64,000 bases of DNA from assembly GCA_050291465.1 (NCBI GenBank), contig JBNKJV010000009.1, positions 52,442-116,441 of the forward strand, given 5' to 3'. Positions 20,589-31,403 of the stretch are shown here, piece after piece. The position numbers and the translations under genes were made by a program. How positions within the stretch are numbered: position 1 is the stretch's first letter; every line of letters starts with the position of its first letter. This stretch comes from Sedimenticolaceae bacterium. GTDB taxonomy: Bacteria; Pseudomonadota; Gammaproteobacteria; Chromatiales; Chromatiaceae. The notes beneath the pieces were generated by a model, which saw nothing but the letters and a program-made list of their open reading frames with translations, was not told where the DNA came from and searched no databases.

Positions 20589-22055
20589 ATGAACTACAAA
20601 GACCTGCGCGACTTCATCAGGCAGCTTGAGCAACGGGGCGAGCTGAAACGCATCCAGGTGGAGGTCGATCCCCACCTGGAGATTACTGAGATCTGTGACC
20701 GCACCTTGCGCTCGGGCGGTCCCGCGCTCCTGTTTGAGCGGGTTAAAGGTTCAGCGCTGCCGCTCCTGGCTAATCTGTTCGGCACCCGGGAGCGCGTTGC
20801 CCTTGGTATGGGAGAAGAGTCGGTGGCGGCGCTGCGCGAAATCGGCGTCCTGCTGGCAACGCTAAAGGAACCCGAGCCGCCCAAGGGAATGCGGGACGCC
20901 TGGGAGAAACTTCCCACCTTCAGGAAGATTCTCGACATGGCCCCCAAGGAGCGCCGGGACGCTCCCTGTCAGGAGCAGGTGCTCGAAGGGGAAGACGTAG
21001 ACCTGGCAACGCTGCCGATCCAGACCTGCTGGCCGGAAGACGCCGGACCCCTCATCACCTGGGGCCTGGTGGTTACCCGGGGCCCGGAAAAACCGCGCCT
21101 CAATCTGGGCATATACCGGATGCAGGCGGTCGGTCGCAATCGCGTCATAATGCGCTGGCTCCCCCACCGCGGCGGCGCCCTCGACTTCCGCGAGTGGCAG
21201 CTGCGGCATCCTGGGAAGCCCTTCCCCGTCGCCGTGGCCTTGGGCGCTGATCCGGCCACCATTCTGGCGGCGGTAACCCCGATTCCCGACACCCTTTCGG
21301 AATACGCCTTCGCCGGCCTGTTGCGCGGCAGCAAAACCGAGGTGACGGGGTGCATCGGCTCGGACCTGAAGGTTCCGGCGGCGGCGGAACTCGTCCTTGA
21401 GGGACACATCCATCCGGATGATACGGCGCCGGAAGGACCTTTCGGCGACCACACCGGCTACTACAACGAGGTGGAACAGTTCCCGGTCTTCACTATTGAT
21501 CGCATCACCCAGCGCAAGGATCCTATCTATCACAGCACCTACACCGGCAGGCCCCCGGACGAACCAGCCATCCTCGGCGCCGCCCTGAACGAGGTCTTCG
21601 TTCCTATCCTGCAGAAGCAGTTTCCGGAGATCGTCGACTTCTATCTACCCCCGGAAGGCTGCTCCTACCGCATGGCGGTGGTGAGCATGAAGAAGCAGTA
21701 CCCGGGGCATGCCAAACGGGCGATGATGGGAGTCTGGTCCTTTCTGCGGCAGTTTATGTACACCAAGTTTGTCATCGTCACCGATGACGATGTGGATGTC
21801 CGCAACTGGGAGGACGTGGTTTGGGCCATGACCACCCGTATGGATCCGGCCCGGGATACCACTATTGTGGATAACACCCCCATCGATTACCTCGACTTCG
21901 CATCTCCGGTCTCCGGACTGGGTTCGAAAATCGGGTTCGACGCCACCAACAAATGGGAAGGCGAAACCACGCGGGAATGGGGTCGCCCTATCACTATGGA
22001 CGCCGCCGTGAAACAAAAGGTGGACGAAATCTGGGAGAGTCTGGGAATCGATTGA
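20589..22055 (+). CDS. ubiD: 4-hydroxy-3-polyprenylbenzoate decarboxylase
   Basis: 488-aa ORF that matches UbiD end to end ([28 protein letters not shown]). Confidence 0.93.
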   Translation: MNYKDLRDFIRQLEQRGELKRIQVEVDPHLEITEICDRTLRSGGPALLFERVKGSALPLLANLFGTRERVALGMGEESVAALREIGVLLATLKEPEPPKGMRDAWEKLPTFRKILDMAPKERRDAPCQEQVLEGEDVDLATLPIQTCWPEDAGPLITWGLVVTRGPEKPRLNLGIYRMQAVGRNRVIMRWLPHRGGALDFREWQLRHPGKPFPVAVALGADPATILAAVTPIPDTLSEYAFAGLLRGSKTEVTGCIGSDLKVPAAAELVLEGHIHPDDTAPEGPFGDHTGYYNEVEQFPVFTIDRITQRKDPIYHSTYTGRPPDEPAILGAALNEVFVPILQKQFPEIVDFYLPPEGCSYRMAVVSMKKQYPGHAKRAMMGVWSFLRQFMYTKFVIVTDDDVDVRNWEDVVWAMTTRMDPARDTTIVDNTPIDYLDFASPVSGLGSKIGFDATNKWEGETTREWGRPITMDAAVKQKVDEIWESLGID

Positions 22056-22083
22056 ACACACTGACGCGGAAGCGCCTATAATT
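22053..22083 (+). promoter_or_regulatory. candidate sigma-70 promoter for the ParA-like gene
   Basis: TTGAAC (22053-22058), 19 nt, then a perfect TATAAT (22078-22083), about 40 nt upstream of ATG 22124. The spacer is longer than optimal. Confidence 0.35.
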
Positions 22084-22123
22084 ACACCCCAAACCTGGGA
22101 ATAAAAATAAGGGGAGGAATACC

Positions 22124-22771
22124 ATGCGCACCATTATGCTGATGAACTCCAAGGGCGGCTGCGGCAAAACCACCTTGGCTACCAATATCGCCACCTGGTA
22201 TGCCGATGAGGGAAAAAAGGTCGCGCTCGCCGATTTCGACCCCCAGGGTTCATCTCTCGACTGGCTTGAGGCGCGGAACGCCTATCAGGGTATTCCGGGC
22301 ATTGAAGGGATCGACGCCACCCGTGAGAGCGTATCACCCGCACGCGGGACCGAGTATCTGATCATGGATGTACCGGCGGCGGTCCACGGACGCGAGATCA
22401 ACAGCCTGTTGCGACGGGTGGAAAGCCTGATCATCCCTGTCCTCCCGTCCCCCATCGATATGCGTGCCTGCGGCCGTTTCCTGGATGAGCTGCTGTCCAG
22501 CGGCCGGGTCTCCCAGAAACAGACCCGCATCGCCATCGTGGCCAACCGCGTGCGGGAAAACACCATAATCTACCGCCAGCTGGAAGAGTACCTCGGACAT
22601 CTGAAGATCCCCTTCCTTACTCATCTGCGCGAAAGCCAGAATTACATCCGTGCCGCGGAAAACGGGTTAGGCCTGTTCGAGCTTGCCCCGTCCATGGTGT
22701 GGTACGACCTGGAACAGTGGGATCCCATATTCGAATGGCTGGCCAGCGCCCGAAGCAGGCCGAGATCATAG
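22124..22771 (+). CDS. ParA/MinD-family P-loop ATPase (orphan)
   Basis: 215-aa ORF with the deviant Walker A NSKGGCGKTT, preceded by a GGGGAGGA Shine-Dalgarno. No partner gene lies downstream; the next gene is convergent. Confidence 0.85.
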   Translation: MRTIMLMNSKGGCGKTTLATNIATWYADEGKKVALADFDPQGSSLDWLEARNAYQGIPGIEGIDATRESVSPARGTEYLIMDVPAAVHGREINSLLRRVESLIIPVLPSPIDMRACGRFLDELLSSGRVSQKQTRIAIVANRVRENTIIYRQLEEYLGHLKIPFLTHLRESQNYIRAAENGLGLFELAPSMVWYDLEQWDPIFEWLASARSRPRS

Positions 22772-22791
22772 AGAAAGGATTCCGAACGGGA

Positions 22792-23661
22792 TCATTTTCC
22801 CTTCATAGAGGCGGCAAGTCCCTGATCCAGGGTCGGGTATTGCAGTTCCACCCCCAGTTCCCTGAGCATTTTGCCGTTGTCCAGGCGACGTGACTCCCGC
22901 ATGTAGGACATCATCCCCGGAGAGAGTACCTGCTCCCCTTCCGCCAGTGATACCAGAGGCGGTGGCGGCAGACCGGCGGCAGCGGCGAGCCGATTGAAAT
23001 AGTCGGTCATGGTGCTGGGATGACCGTCGCTGACATTGTAGAGCTCGCCGTCACGGCCCCGTTCCATGGCCGCCAGACAGACCTGCACCAGATCTGAAAT
23101 GTGGATCCGGTTGCTGAAAGGGGCCTCTGATTCCCGTATCAGCGGCAACCCCTTGCGCAGTCGTTCCAGGGGTAACCTGCCGGGGCCGTAGATCCCCGCA
23201 ACCCGCAGGATAATCAGCTCCCCCCCGGAGTCGCGGCGCCACTCCCGCAGCACCTGCTCCCCATCCCAGCGCCGTCTGGCGCGGAAAGCGGTGGGCCGCA
23301 CCGGTCGCCCCTCGTCCACCCACTCCCCACCACAGTCCCCGTAAACCCCGGTGGTGCTCACGTGGACAATTCGCCGGGGATGCCCCTGGCGGAAAAATTC
23401 CTCCACCAGCCGCCGCGTTCGGGTATCCCGATCACCTTCAGACGGAGGGGGGCAGAAAGAGAACAGATCGGCGGATGCCAACGGCAGTTCCGGGAGATGA
23501 GGGGTGTCGAGATCGGCAGCGGCGGCACTTTTACCCAGGGTTTCGAGCCGCTCCACGTTGCCGGGGGCTCTGACCACCCCCGCCACGGGGACCCCCTGCT
23601 CAAGATATCTGGCGGCGACAGCACAGCCCAGATAGCCGCAACCGACGATCAGTAGCCCCAT
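22792..23661 (-). CDS. NAD(P)-binding SDR/epimerase-family oxidoreductase
   Basis: 289-aa ORF with an N-terminal Rossmann motif (LLIVGCGYLGCAV). Confidence 0.75.
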   Translation of the reverse strand: MGLLIVGCGYLGCAVAARYLEQGVPVAGVVRAPGNVERLETLGKSAAAADLDTPHLPELPLASADLFSFCPPPSEGDRDTRTRRLVEEFFRQGHPRRIVHVSTTGVYGDCGGEWVDEGRPVRPTAFRARRRWDGEQVLREWRRDSGGELIILRVAGIYGPGRLPLERLRKGLPLIRESEAPFSNRIHISDLVQVCLAAMERGRDGELYNVSDGHPSTMTDYFNRLAAAAGLPPPPLVSLAEGEQVLSPGMMSYMRESRRLDNGKMLRELGVELQYPTLDQGLAASMKGK

Positions 23662-23675
23662 CGGCGATGCGCCGT

Positions 23676-24983
23676 TCAGGCGGATTCCGAACCGTCCTGG
23701 GAACTACTGGTGCTGCGGGCATGATCCACGGCGGGTGGAGCCAGCGGGGTCTTGGTCCCGGCGGCAGGAAGGGCAATGGGCTCCAGCTCCTCTTCCCCGA
23801 TACCACCCGAGGTGAGCTCAAGACCGGCACGGTAGTTCTCCAGTGCAGCTTCCGTTTCTCCCAGCCGTTCCAGTAACTGGCCGAGTTCCCGGTAGGCCTC
23901 CGCCGACGGGATGGCGCCGATGCTCGCCTCCAGATAGCTGCGCGCCTTGCCCCACAATCGACTGCGCAAACTCAATCGCCCCAGCGCCAGTAACAACACC
24001 GGATTCTCCGGCCGTTTCACCAGCCAGGATTCGGCCACCGCCAGTTGTTTGGCCGTATCCTTTCCTTCCACCCGACCGTATATCTCCGCCAGCCTTCCAT
24101 CCCACCGCTGCTGCAGACTCTCTCGCAACAACGGCTCCGCCAGTTCCCCCTGATCCCGGTCTAACAGACGACCGGCGTAATCCGCTATCAGCTCCGCTTC
24201 TTTACGTACCCCTTTCGGGATACCCCTCCAGACCAATATCAGCCGCTCCGGATCGGGATCCCTATCGGCCCGATCGAGGATATTGCGATAGACAAGAAGC
24301 TCCAGGGCACGCAGATCTTCGCTATCTATAACCTTTCTCTTGCGTAATTCCGGCAACAGCCTCTGCAGCTGCGACCAGTCCTCCAGGCGCAGATAGAGAT
24401 CCTTCAACAGCTTCAGCACATACACATGATGGGGAGCCATACCCTGTAGATGTCTCAGGGTGGCCAGCGCCTGTTCCAGTTGCTCATGGGCCAACTGCAG
24501 TTCCGCCTGGGTCAGGCCAACGGCTATATCGGCTGAGGGCGTACTCTCGTGGGCCAACTGCAGATAGCGGTTACGCCTCTCGTGCGCCCCTTGCTGTTGT
24601 GCGGCCTTGGCCGCCGCCAGATAGTTAAGCAGGGGCGTATCCGAACGCCGGATATGACGCATGAGATTTTTTTCCGCAGTCTTCCAGTTTCCTTCGGACA
24701 GCTCCACCAGTCCCCGGGTCAACGCCCTGCGTGCACGCCGGGTACCCCGCTGCGCCTTCCATTTCCTGAACCCGCGCGGCATAGCCCAGATACGGACCAT
24801 ACTGCGCATCAGGGCATAAAGCGCCAGAAACAACAGCAGGATCATAACCAGGAAGAACGCCAGGCTGGTCTCCAACGTCCAGGGTCCGTAATTGAGCAGC
24901 ACATAGCCGTTCTCCTGCTGCAGAGCGGCGACCAGGGCCACCGTTGCGGCCAGCACCAGCAGGCTCGATAACAGAATCCTCAT
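23676..24983 (-). CDS. hemY: heme biosynthesis protein HemY (TPR membrane protein)
   Basis: 435-aa ORF with two N-terminal TM segments and TPR-like repeats. It is the last gene of the hemCDXY order. Confidence 0.8.
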   Translation of the reverse strand: MRILLSSLLVLAATVALVAALQQENGYVLLNYGPWTLETSLAFFLVMILLLFLALYALMRSMVRIWAMPRGFRKWKAQRGTRRARRALTRGLVELSEGNWKTAEKNLMRHIRRSDTPLLNYLAAAKAAQQQGAHERRNRYLQLAHESTPSADIAVGLTQAELQLAHEQLEQALATLRHLQGMAPHHVYVLKLLKDLYLRLEDWSQLQRLLPELRKRKVIDSEDLRALELLVYRNILDRADRDPDPERLILVWRGIPKGVRKEAELIADYAGRLLDRDQGELAEPLLRESLQQRWDGRLAEIYGRVEGKDTAKQLAVAESWLVKRPENPVLLLALGRLSLRSRLWGKARSYLEASIGAIPSAEAYRELGQLLERLGETEAALENYRAGLELTSGGIGEEELEPIALPAAGTKTPLAPPAVDHARSTSSSQDGSESA

Positions 24984-26086
24984 GGCTGTTCAGCCTCTTC
25001 ACGACGCTTTATCTGGGTCCTTAACTTCCTCAGTGAAGCGGATATGTCAGGCAACTGCGGTCGGATCACCTCCCCCTTGAGCCGGCCTATCTCGGTCAGC
25101 AGCAACTTGACCTCTTCCTTCTCTGGATCGAAATATCTGCCCAACCAGTCCGCCGCCCGCTCCAGGCTGTCGGTATAAAGCTGCTGGTCGCGACGCAGCA
25201 GTGCCAGGCGTGCCGCCTCCAGTTGCAGCTGCAGATTCTGTTTCAGTAAATAGAGCTGGTCCTGCGGCAACGGGCGCGGCAGCTCGCCTTCGTGATAGCG
25301 GATTTCAACCAGTGATTGAAACCCCTGCCAGCCGTCCTGCAAGATGCTTTCCCAGGTGCGTTCACCACCCGCATCCGAGCCCTGTTCTCCATCATCCGCC
25401 GAGGGTGCGGTCCCCATCAGCGGCTGGATTGCGCCGACCTGTGTGATCATGCTGGAGATCCGCAACGACAATCCGTCCACATCCACACGGGGCACCGATT
25501 GCAGCGCGGCAAGCTCACTCGCCAACTGTTCACGAACAGTCACCCAGAGGGGATCACCGTCTTCCGCCAGTCGCTTATCCGCCATCTGCAATGCGATGAT
25601 GGCGGTTCCCACATCCTGCTCAAGCTGCAGACGGCGATTGGCAATGCGCATCAGATATTCCACTTCAGCCGCCATCCACCCGGCCTCGCTACCGGCCGCC
25701 TGCCGGGACAACCTGGTCTGGATATCACCGGTCTGACGTTGCAACTCCTCCAGCACCCCCGCGGTTCCTGTCGCAAGCTCCGCGTTTTTCTGCAAATCCT
25801 GACCGAGGGTGGAGATCCGGGTCTGCATCTCCTGCATCCGGGAATCACTGCTCTGCCGCACCTGGTTCAGCTGATGCCAGAAATAGTAACCGGCGCCCAG
25901 GCCTGCCACCGCCAGCACCAATGCCACAAGCGCCAGCATCCTTCCGGAAGATCCGCCGCTCACCGGGGCGACAGATGCATCCCCATGCTCCGCGGGGGAT
26001 TCCATGGTTACTCCGACGTCTATCGTGGACTCGGTTTCAGCCTCCGTCCCTGCCGGCTTATTTTCCTGGTTATCGATATCGCTCAT
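24980..26086 (-). CDS. hemX: HemX (uroporphyrinogen-III C-methyltransferase-like membrane protein)
   Basis: 368-aa ORF with an acidic N-terminus, one TM segment and a coiled coil. It sits between hemD and hemY and overlaps hemY by 4 nt. Confidence 0.75.
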   Translation of the reverse strand: MSDIDNQENKPAGTEAETESTIDVGVTMESPAEHGDASVAPVSGGSSGRMLALVALVLAVAGLGAGYYFWHQLNQVRQSSDSRMQEMQTRISTLGQDLQKNAELATGTAGVLEELQRQTGDIQTRLSRQAAGSEAGWMAAEVEYLMRIANRRLQLEQDVGTAIIALQMADKRLAEDGDPLWVTVREQLASELAALQSVPRVDVDGLSLRISSMITQVGAIQPLMGTAPSADDGEQGSDAGGERTWESILQDGWQGFQSLVEIRYHEGELPRPLPQDQLYLLKQNLQLQLEAARLALLRRDQQLYTDSLERAADWLGRYFDPEKEEVKLLLTEIGRLKGEVIRPQLPDISASLRKLRTQIKRREEAEQP

Positions 26087-26137
26087 GGCCTGTACCCTGT
26101 GTCCCGCCCTTTTCTGTAGAGTAACAAATTTGCTCGT

Positions 26138-26929
26138 TCAGGTGGGGGCCCTGCCGGCAGCCCAGCGGCAAACGGCGTCAAGTATCGCCCCATCCTCCGC
26201 CCGCCGAGCGACAATAACTTCCCGGCATCCGAGGGCCAGCGCCTTCTCGCGCATACGCTCACTGATCACCACCAACGGTGTCGTGGTCAGCAGCGACCTG
26301 CCCGCTTCCCCGAGGATCGACACGAGATTCTCGAGGATTTCAGAACTGGTGGCCGTAACCACCTGAACCTTGTCGTTCCAGCGCTGCAACAGCGGCCCGG
26401 CATCCACCCGTGGACACTCGCGGCGATAGACCTCAGCGTAGACCACTTCCGCCCCGCGTGCACGCAGGGTATCCCCCAGAAGCGCTCGCCCCCCGTTTCC
26501 CCGCAGAATGAGGACCCGCTGATCCTTCAACTGCTGCAATTCCTCCATCTCCAGCAACGCCTCGCTGTCGAAACGCTCCCGGGGCAGGATATCCGCATGG
26601 AGCCCGGCCGACTGCAGCGCCCGTGCGGTGCCTTGCCCGACGGCGGCGATCCGTGGGGTTCCGGGCAACACCGAACCGCCCAGGATCGCAAGCCCCCGGC
26701 GAACCGCATTGGGGCTGATGAAGATAGCCATATTGTACGGCCCGGACCCGGCAAGCCTCGCGGCCACCCCTTCCGGATCGGCGGGGGGCAGAATCACCAG
26801 AGCGGGAAAGCGGACCGGGACCCCCCCTTGCGTCACTATCAGGTCGCACAGGGATGCGGATTGCTGTTCCGGACGGGTTATCAGCACCCCGATGCCCGAG
26901 AGATCGCACATCCGGTTTCGAGGCTCCAC
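26138..26929 (-). CDS. hemD: uroporphyrinogen-III synthase
   Basis: 263-aa ORF with the HemD-like repeat architecture (VLITRP...; AIFISPNAV), immediately downstream of hemC. Confidence 0.85.
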   Translation of the reverse strand: MEPRNRMCDLSGIGVLITRPEQQSASLCDLIVTQGGVPVRFPALVILPPADPEGVAARLAGSGPYNMAIFISPNAVRRGLAILGGSVLPGTPRIAAVGQGTARALQSAGLHADILPRERFDSEALLEMEELQQLKDQRVLILRGNGGRALLGDTLRARGAEVVYAEVYRRECPRVDAGPLLQRWNDKVQVVTATSSEILENLVSILGEAGRSLLTTTPLVVISERMREKALALGCREVIVARRAEDGAILDAVCRWAAGRAPT

Positions 26930-26939
26930 GGTCGGCCCT

Positions 26940-27863
26940 CTAGGCGTACAAGGCCTTAAGAATGGAATCAGCGCCTTTGGCCAGTAGCTCTTCCGCCAGC
27001 TCCGTCCCGAGTCGTTTACTGTCGGCCGCCGGTCCCGTAATCTCCGCCCGGATGACCCGGCTGCCGTCCGGTTCCCCCACCAGACCCCGCAGATGGAGAC
27101 GCCCGCCCTCCAGCACTGCGAACCCGCCGATCGGCACCTGGCAACCGCCCATAAGGCGCCGGTTCATGGCCCGCTCGGCACTGACGCAGATCGCTGTATC
27201 CGCATGATGCAACGGAGCGATCAGAGTGTTGACGCGCTCATCGTCACTGCGGCACTCGATGCCGACGGCACCCTGGCCGATGGCGGGAAGGCTTTGTCCC
27301 GCATCCAGATAGGCGGTGATACGCTCAGCGAAACCCAGACGCAGGAGTCCGGCGGAAGCCAGGATGATGGCGTCAAATTCTCCCTCGTCGAGTTTACGCA
27401 GGCGAGTGTTGACGTTCCCGCGCAGGGGGGAAACCTTCAGATCCGGACGCCGTTCGCTGAGCTGGGCCTGACGACGCAGACTGGCGGTGCCCACCCGGGC
27501 CCCCTGCGGCAGCTCTTCCACCCCCTCATAATTATTGGAAACGAAGGCATCACGGGGATCCTCCCGTTGCATGATTACCGGCAGATGCAGTCCCTCCGGC
27601 AGTTCTACCGGGACATCCTTCATGGAGTGCACGGCGATGTCCGCCGTACCCGCCAGCATTCCCTGCTCAAGCTCCTTAACGAACAGTCCCTTACCGCCGA
27701 TCTTGGCCAGGGGCGTATCCAGAATCTTGTCGCCCTGCGTGCTCATGCCTAACAACTCCACCTCCAGTCCGGGATGGGCGTTGCGCAGCCGGGCGGCGAC
27801 ATGCTCCGCCTGCCACATGGCAAGGGGGGATTTACGGGTGGCGATGCGAATAATTTGCGACAT
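26940..27863 (-). CDS. hemC: hydroxymethylbilane synthase (porphobilinogen deaminase)
   Basis: 307-aa ORF with [40 protein letters not shown] and the cofactor-Cys region GGCQVPIG. Confidence 0.95.
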   Translation of the reverse strand: MSQIIRIATRKSPLAMWQAEHVAARLRNAHPGLEVELLGMSTQGDKILDTPLAKIGGKGLFVKELEQGMLAGTADIAVHSMKDVPVELPEGLHLPVIMQREDPRDAFVSNNYEGVEELPQGARVGTASLRRQAQLSERRPDLKVSPLRGNVNTRLRKLDEGEFDAIILASAGLLRLGFAERITAYLDAGQSLPAIGQGAVGIECRSDDERVNTLIAPLHHADTAICVSAERAMNRRLMGGCQVPIGGFAVLEGGRLHLRGLVGEPDGSRVIRAEITGPAADSKRLGTELAEELLAKGADSILKALYA

Positions 27864-27982
27864 GGGCGCGACTTTCCTACCTTTCTGAATGGAACGGGGA
27901 ATGCTATAGCTTCAGGGGCCGCCGATCAATTCCACGGCGGATTAACCGGCGGTTAACCGTCCCCGGTCGTACAAACGGGGCG

Positions 27983-28720
27983 CTACCGTCCCTTCAGGAA
28001 GCGCCGCACCTCCGCCAAATGCCGGCGGCTCACCTCCAACTGCTCGTCAGTACCCTTCAGGACCACCAGTATTCGGCCGTCTCCCGCTTTCTGCAGCCCC
28101 ATAAGCCGGGCTTTCGCCACCAGGGCATTGCGGTGAATACGCAGGAAACGACCGCCGAACTGCTCTTCCAGGGATTTCAGCGATTCTTCCAATAATGCCT
28201 CGCCCCCTTGGTGTCGGGCGACAACATACTTCTGTTCAGCACGAAAATAGTAGATCTCCGCCACGGATATACGCTGCAGTCCGCCGCGAAAACTGGCGTT
28301 GACCGCCGCATCCTCCTCTTCTTGCCTCAAGTCCTGCAGAAGCCGCTGCTGGGGTCGCGTCAAGGTCGTCGCCTTAACCAGGGCCTGCTCCAGCCGCTGG
28401 CAACGGATCGGCTTGAGCAGGTAGTCGATGGCGCTTTTTTCAAAGGCCTCGATGGCATGCTCATCATAGGCGGTGGTGAAAATCACGGCGGGAGGATGTT
28501 CCCCGGCCGCAAGACGCGCCGCGGTTGTCAGGCCGTCCAGACCCGGCATGCGGATATCAAGCAGCACCAGGTCAACCGGCAGCCGTTCGCAAACAGCCAG
28601 CGCCTCCAAGCCGCCCGCCGCTTCGCCTACCAATTCGTAAGGTGAGCCGATCTCCTGCAGCAGACTTCGCAGGTGCATCCGTGCGGGTTCCTCGTCATCG
28701 ACGATCAGTATCTTCATCAC
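27983..28720 (-). CDS. algR: LytTR-family response regulator (AlgR-like)
   Basis: 245-aa ORF with a receiver domain (ILIVDDE...LLDIRMPGLDG) and a LytTR DNA-binding domain. The algZ-algR-hemC order, divergent from argH, matches Pseudomonas. Confidence 0.75.
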   Translation of the reverse strand: MMKILIVDDEEPARMHLRSLLQEIGSPYELVGEAAGGLEALAVCERLPVDLVLLDIRMPGLDGLTTAARLAAGEHPPAVIFTTAYDEHAIEAFEKSAIDYLLKPIRCQRLEQALVKATTLTRPQQRLLQDLRQEEEDAAVNASFRGGLQRISVAEIYYFRAEQKYVVARHQGGEALLEESLKSLEEQFGGRFLRIHRNALVAKARLMGLQKAGDGRILVVLKGTDEQLEVSRRHLAEVRRFLKGR

Positions 28721-29754
28721 TCAATCCAGGGATGGGGAAAATAGAGCCGCACCTGATGATCCCCTTCCACCTCACCGGCGACCAAACCCGCCTCTTCGTC
28801 AAAAATCGCCTGTAGCCGCTGGCGAATATTCTCCACCGCCAGACGGTTACCCCGCCGGTGACTGGAACTCTGCTGGGCCGGCAGGGTATTACGAATGCTC
28901 AGGTTCACCTTGTGCCGGCGATAACGGCCGGTAATATTGATGATTCCAGGCTCGGTTGCCGGCTCGATACCGTGATATACGGCGTTCTCCAGCAACGGCT
29001 GCAGGATCAACGCCGGCATCTGCGCCTCTTCCGGCAGCTCCTCGAGATCCCACACCACCTGTAGCCGGTCTCCCAGCCGCTGCTCCTCGATACGAATGTA
29101 AACCCGCGCCAGCTCCAGCTCCTTACCGAGCGTCGAGAGGTGTTTCGCGTCGGAAAGGCTGGCGCGAAAAAGATCGGAGAGATCGTGTACCACCTCCTCC
29201 GCCATCTCCGGACGGGTGCGGGTAAGGCTGGCAATGGTATTCATGCTGTTGAACAGAAAATGGGGCCGGATGCGCGACTGCAGTGCCTGGAATCTAGCCT
29301 GAGACTCTGCCACCACCTGTTGTCGCCAAAGGTGCTGCAAATAGAGATAGCGCAGCGCCAAGGCGGTAATAACGCCACTGACGGCAAGATTCTTGATCAG
29401 AAAGAAGGTGTGCGGGCTCTGGGTCAGCACCTGCCCCAGGAGAAGGTTCGCCAGTACACTGGTGACGGCGGTGACAATAATAAAAAGCAGCCATACCAAC
29501 AGTCCGGCGACACCGTTGGACAGTCGACCGAGACGGGTCCGCAGCAGACACAACGCCCCGCTGCCGGCAAGCACGATCCACTGAATAAACAGTGAGTGCA
29601 GACTCAGCTCGTAGGTGAAATCCCCGAACCTGTCCACGCTGGACAGAGCCAATACAACGGCCAGCAGCTCCGCTATGATCACCATAACGAAGACCACACG
29701 GATGGAACAGAAATTTGGCAGAAAGGTTTCGCCTCGTTTCTTCTGTTGCGTCAC
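28717..29754 (-). CDS. algZ: LytS/AlgZ-type sensor histidine kinase
   Basis: 345-aa ORF with a multi-TM N-terminal half, then the His_kinase motif (RIRPHFLFNSMNTIASL) and N-box (LLENAVYHG). It overlaps algR by 4 nt. Confidence 0.75.
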   Translation of the reverse strand: MTQQKKRGETFLPNFCSIRVVFVMVIIAELLAVVLALSSVDRFGDFTYELSLHSLFIQWIVLAGSGALCLLRTRLGRLSNGVAGLLVWLLFIIVTAVTSVLANLLLGQVLTQSPHTFFLIKNLAVSGVITALALRYLYLQHLWRQQVVAESQARFQALQSRIRPHFLFNSMNTIASLTRTRPEMAEEVVHDLSDLFRASLSDAKHLSTLGKELELARVYIRIEEQRLGDRLQVVWDLEELPEEAQMPALILQPLLENAVYHGIEPATEPGIINITGRYRRHKVNLSIRNTLPAQQSSSHRRGNRLAVENIRQRLQAIFDEEAGLVAGEVEGDHQVRLYFPHPWIE

Positions 29755-29818
29755 TCTGTCCTCGCTACGGTAGTGTTATAATTTTCCGCCAATACGGATC
29801 CTTCAGGAATCATAAACG

Positions 29819-31201
29819 ATGAGTGATAAAAAACTCTGGTCAGGCCGTTTCAACGAACCTACCGACGCCTTCGTCGAAGCCTTTACCGCCTCGGTGGAAT
29901 TCGACCGGCGACTGTATAAGTATGACATCCAAGGCTCCATCGCACACGCCACCATGCTGGCGCGGCAGGGGATTCTTACCCGGCAGGAGTGCGATCTCAT
30001 CGTCTCCGGCCTGGAGAATATCGAACAGCGCATCAGCGAAGGGGCCTTCCAATGGTCCGTGAGCCTGGAAGATGTCCACATGAACATCGAATCGGCCCTC
30101 ACCGGGGATATCGGCGACGCCGGCAAAAAACTTCATACCGGCCGTTCCCGCAATGACCAGGTAGCCACCGATGTCCGACTCTATCTGCGGACGGAAATCG
30201 AGACCCTACGCGGTGAGATACTGCGCCTTCAGGAAGCGCTCCTGATCCTCGCCGAACAGGAAGCGGAAACCATCATGCCCGGGTTCACCCATCTGCAGAC
30301 CGCCCAGCCCGTCACCTTCGGTCACCATATGCTGGCCTGGTTCGAGATGCTGCAGCGCGACCGTGAACGGCTGGCCGACTGTAACCGGCGGGTGAACGTC
30401 ATGCCCCTGGGGGCGGCCGCGCTGGCGGGCACCACTTACCCCATAGACCGCAACCTCACGGCGGAACTGCTGGGGTTCGATCGCCCGGCGGAAAACTCCC
30501 TGGACGCCGTCAGCGATCGGGACTTTGTCATTGAGTTTAGCGCAGCGGCGGCCCTTGTCATGATGCATCTGTCGCGCTTTTCCGAAGAGCTCATTCTCTG
30601 GTCCTCCGCCCAATTCGGTTTCGTCGAGCTCTCCGACAGCTTCTGCACCGGTTCCTCCATAATGCCGCAAAAGAAAAATCCGGACGTCCCTGAGCTGGTG
30701 CGTGGCAAGAGCGCACGCGTCTTTGGTCACCTGATGGCCCTGTTGACTCTTATGAAGGGCCAGCCCCTGGCGTACAACAAGGATAATCAGGAGGACAAGG
30801 AACCGCTGTTTGACACGGTGGATAACCTCAAGGGTTCCCTTCGTGTATTTGCCGACATGGTGCCCGCCATCGGTTGCCGCCGCGACAGAATGCGTGCCGC
30901 GGCTCAGCAGGGCTTCGCCACGGCCACCGACCTGGCGGACTACCTGGTACGGGACGGGATGCCTTTCCGGGATGCCCACGAAGTGGTGGGCAAGGCCGTC
31001 GCCCTCTGCGTGGAAAAGGGATGTGACCTTGCCGATCTGACCCTGGCGGAACTGCAGGGTTTCTCCGCTGGTATAGGGGCGGACGTCTTTGAGGTCCTGA
31101 CGCTGGAGGGTTCGGTCGCCGCCCGCAACCATATCGGCGGTACCGCCCCGGAACAGGTAAAAGCAGCGATCGCGCGGGCTCGCCAGCGCCTGATAGGTTA
31201 A
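29819..31201 (+). CDS. argH: argininosuccinate lyase
   Basis: 460-aa ORF with [20 protein letters not shown] and [12 protein letters not shown]. Confidence 0.95.
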   Translation: MSDKKLWSGRFNEPTDAFVEAFTASVEFDRRLYKYDIQGSIAHATMLARQGILTRQECDLIVSGLENIEQRISEGAFQWSVSLEDVHMNIESALTGDIGDAGKKLHTGRSRNDQVATDVRLYLRTEIETLRGEILRLQEALLILAEQEAETIMPGFTHLQTAQPVTFGHHMLAWFEMLQRDRERLADCNRRVNVMPLGAAALAGTTYPIDRNLTAELLGFDRPAENSLDAVSDRDFVIEFSAAAALVMMHLSRFSEELILWSSAQFGFVELSDSFCTGSSIMPQKKNPDVPELVRGKSARVFGHLMALLTLMKGQPLAYNKDNQEDKEPLFDTVDNLKGSLRVFADMVPAIGCRRDRMRAAAQQGFATATDLADYLVRDGMPFRDAHEVVGKAVALCVEKGCDLADLTLAELQGFSAGIGADVFEVLTLEGSVAARNHIGGTAPEQVKAAIARARQRLIG

Positions 31202-31403
31202 AGGTTTCGTCTTCAGGTGAAACAGCACCGGATGCCGATTTTCTAGGCCTTCACGCCGGCATTCCGTCACCGTCACCCCTTCGTCTCCGCCGGCATTTCA
31301 GCTGTCTCTGGTACTGAATCCCAAAATCGACCTGGATTGCGCCGCATTCACATCTGGTATTAAAGCTTTCGCTGGATCTGCCGTTTATAGCTGCAGGAAT
31401 TAA

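Noticed and set aside
21925-21950. GGTTCGA T-loop-like strings suggestive of tRNA
   Set aside because: They lie inside the ubiD coding sequence (and similarly inside argH at about 30476), with no acceptor or anticodon stem context. I found no tRNA in the window.
25316-26119. 267-aa plus-strand ORF
   Set aside because: It is antisense to hemX within the intact hemCDXY operon, and it has no motifs.
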